A stretch of 64,000 nt of DNA from Okamejei kenojei. Its lineage: Eukaryota. The first letter of the stretch is position 1; each line of letters opens with the position of its first letter. The notes below the pieces were generated by a model. The model had not been told where the DNA came from and did no database searches. It saw nothing but the letters and a program-made list of their open reading frames with translations. The stretch is taken from NCBI GenBank assembly GCA_035221665.1, contig CM069168.1, positions 17,980,001 through 18,044,000 of the forward strand, read 5' to 3'. Positions 1 through 64,000 of the stretch are shown here, one piece after another. Position numbers and translations under genes: made by a program.

Positions 1-1504
1 CATTTTCAAAGACCTCAGTCAGAATCTAGTCTCCCCTCTAATCTCTCCTTTAGCGTTGCAAATAAAACCAATATTAAGCAGAGTACATTTGGGTTTTATT
101 TACACTGGCTGGATATATATTTAACAATACAAAATAATTTATAGGTTAATTCATCAAAGGCTTTGGGGGACAAAAGTCCCTTTTTAAAAACATTTTTTGC
201 AAAAAAAGTAGCAAGTAAATGGAGCATTTCTGGAAAGTGGAAACATTTGATGGAACAGGTGTTAAACTTGCTGTAATCAAACTCTTCAGCACGTACTCTG
301 GTACCGACCTTGGAAGGAGCAATGTCCTGGCCTCAGCTGGGTGATGATTCTCTTTGAAATCTGCACAAACTAGGGTTTAGACTGTGAACCCCCAGTCCTG
401 TCTCTCTATCTCTCTCTCTCACACCCAACTGTTTTTCCATCCACGGCCAACAGCAAAAGTAACGAAGGGAAGCAACACGCTGGAGGCATCCTGCTGGGTT
501 GTTGCTCCTTCCAGGCCCAGCCGCTCACCCCGTGACTGGTCTGGCCTTCTGCCTTGCGTGCCTCCTTGTCACTTTTTCTTTCCATGAAATCTAGTGGACT
601 GCAACAAAAATTTTGCTATAGTGTTCTGTTAAAAAAACAAATTCAAGGAAAAGAAATATAAAATAAACCCCAGTTTATTACATGGTGGTCTTGTTTGCTT
701 CATTCACTAGTTTAAGCAATGAACTGCCTGCAGGAAGCATGAGATGAATCTCAACAGACTGATCAGCTAACTGGGTCTCTGTCTTGGCCAGATCAGCTGT
801 AAGTGGTTCTCCACAGTAATCAGCAGGAACGCACACCCCTGACATGTGTCTAGTTTAGCTCCCCTTGAAGTCTTGCTACCACAGCTCCTGATGTTCCATC
901 AGCATGGGTAGCCCTTCAAAACCTCAGAGTGTGGTGTGTGAGCAGCTGATCGTAGCTGTGTGTGCGCGCAATCTGTGCACGTATTTGGATAGAGGAATGG
1001 GATGGCATTCACACTGAACTTTCCAACTATTGGAAAGCCATTGGGATTTTGCTGACCTCCAGTCCTTTTCCCTCTCCCAGGAGCACTCTGACCAATTATT
1101 GTGCCTGATTGGTATTAGCAGGGACCAGGCATTTCATTCATGAAACATCAGTGAAAGCGGGGAGTCGACAAACTAAGACCATGTAATAAAGTTTAACACT
1201 AGACAGCAAGTTTTCACTTGTTAGTGTGAGAACTCTTCTGTCAAATTACTTTCACACACCTCAGTTTGAACTCGTAACAACATCGTTAGTGCAACTTTTC
1301 AGATAACGCATCACAAAATAGAAAAGACAACTCATCAAATTTAACAATGAGCATTTTTTTAAATTAAATCAGTCTGCATGCCAAAACTAATAGAGAAAAG
1401 CCTTAAACTTTCTCAAAGAAAGATATTGTTAGGGGGAAATAATTGTTCTATGCTTATAGAGCATGAATCATCTCCTGACCATATTCACTTATATACTTGC
1501 ACAA

Positions 1505-1510
1505 TTTATT
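1505..1510 (-). terminator. candidate polyadenylation signal (AATAAA on minus strand)
   Basis: tttatt on + strand about 420 nt downstream of the candidate stop; another at 674-679. Confidence 0.3.
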
Positions 1511-1932
1511 TTTAAGGAATCAATGAACTAAAGTACCTTCCCTTTATAGCATCAAACGTTCCCAGGTTAGAAACAAAGTGATGCTCCTTCAGCACTATCC
1601 TGTCAAACACTCACAAGGTGCATGATGGTCCCACTCTCCTGATCTTTGAGTAGCCAGTGCAGGGGAGGGGGGGCATTCGATCAGGAGACCACCGGACATG
1701 GTCACAGTGGCCATTTCCAGGTCCCGATGTCAAGCCATCGAGGGTGGGGGGAATCTATCTATGCCTACCCCCCCACCCCTTTTCCAAGGTAATGTTTGTG
1801 CTCAGGGCCCCTCATGAGCAACTACACACTGTCCACGAGCTGACAGGTAGCCGTCTGGGACCTGTGGGCATTGCAGGGGTTGGAATGCATCCTGAACAAG
1901 GAGGACAACTTTCAAAACTCATTTTGATATTT

Positions 1933-63421
<61,489 letters not shown>

Positions 63422-64000
63422 CTAAGGGGAAACATGCAAAATAAATTCCAGTCACAATTACTGTTGAACACATCGTTCCTGCCACAAAAGGTAAAACCAA
63501 CTTTTATTTCAAAGAATGTTGCTGACAATGTCATAGTATGAAAGAGCAAAGGAGACAGAACATTTCACCCAAGAGAACTTTACTTCTTCTCTACAACTAA
63601 TTAACTGATTTCCCCTACAGCGCTACTAATATGTATCCAATGTCCTTGTAAATTTCAGATCATAACAACCAGCAGGATCCAAAGATTTAACCTATTTTCT
63701 TTTATAACTCATGCCTTCTGATAAGCAATCCTTTTGCCTATAGCACCCGTTTCCATTTAATCAAAACCCAATTGTATTGAAGCAAGTATCATACAAAACT
63801 TTGAAAGATTAGCCAATTGTTTGTACTTACTTCAGCACCAAGTTCTGGGCCAATCTGCAAAGCATTGCACTGTCAGACATGCTGCAATTTGGATCATGCA
63901 CAATTTCCCAATTCATATATAAAACATTACTTAAGGCACAGCTGGAGTAACACGTTATCTCCTGTAACACATCTGGTTAACACATTATCTGTGCAGAAGA

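Noticed and set aside
286-585. Minus-strand acceptor at 360 (ISKRIITQ..) and a 59-aa ATG ORF from 585 as terminal exon or new gene
   Set aside because: No recognisable similarity, and the NY-starting exon at 1956 fits ferlin C-termini better. Not excluded without transcript data.
63825-64000. Strong minus-strand donor (AA|gtaagt near 63830) as an upstream C2A exon
   Set aside because: I could not read a convincing C2A-like peptide with a good acceptor upstream of it; the earlier exons probably lie outside the window.

Overview
Eukaryotic (vertebrate) genomic DNA. The repeat content (HE1/V-SINE-like tRNA SINEs, CR1 LINEs with (TTCTATGT)n tails, Penelope elements) points to a cartilaginous fish, probably a skate or ray; this is an inference. 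Almost the whole window is one minus-strand type-I ferlin gene, most like FER1L5. I traced 50 GT-AG exons by hand (63421 down to 1933, 5827 nt, about 1941 codons, phases consistent throughout). They cover the second half of C2A, C2B, C2C, FerA/FerB, nested DysF, four further C2 domains and the C-terminal TM helix. The first exons lie beyond the right edge, and the terminal coding exon is tentative. Introns are dense with mobile elements: CR1 and Rex1-like LINE pieces, SINEs, a Neptune-type Penelope element with a long TSD, a CpG-rich hAT MITE, Harbinger-like MITEs, a non-autonomous Helitron and an Ingi/Vingi-like fragment. The most unusual signals are three. (1) A ~130-137 bp TSD-flanked retroposon (3 copies) whose 5' half is a minimal CPEB3/HDV-like self-cleaving ribozyme starting at the element's first base. 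(2) A family of ~90 bp Penelope 3' stubs carrying minimal hammerhead motifs. (3) An inverted CR1 pair closely bracketing a 9-exon, 1191-nt in-frame block. No database searches or folding programs were run; family names come from recalled motifs, and repeat boundaries without TSDs are approximate.
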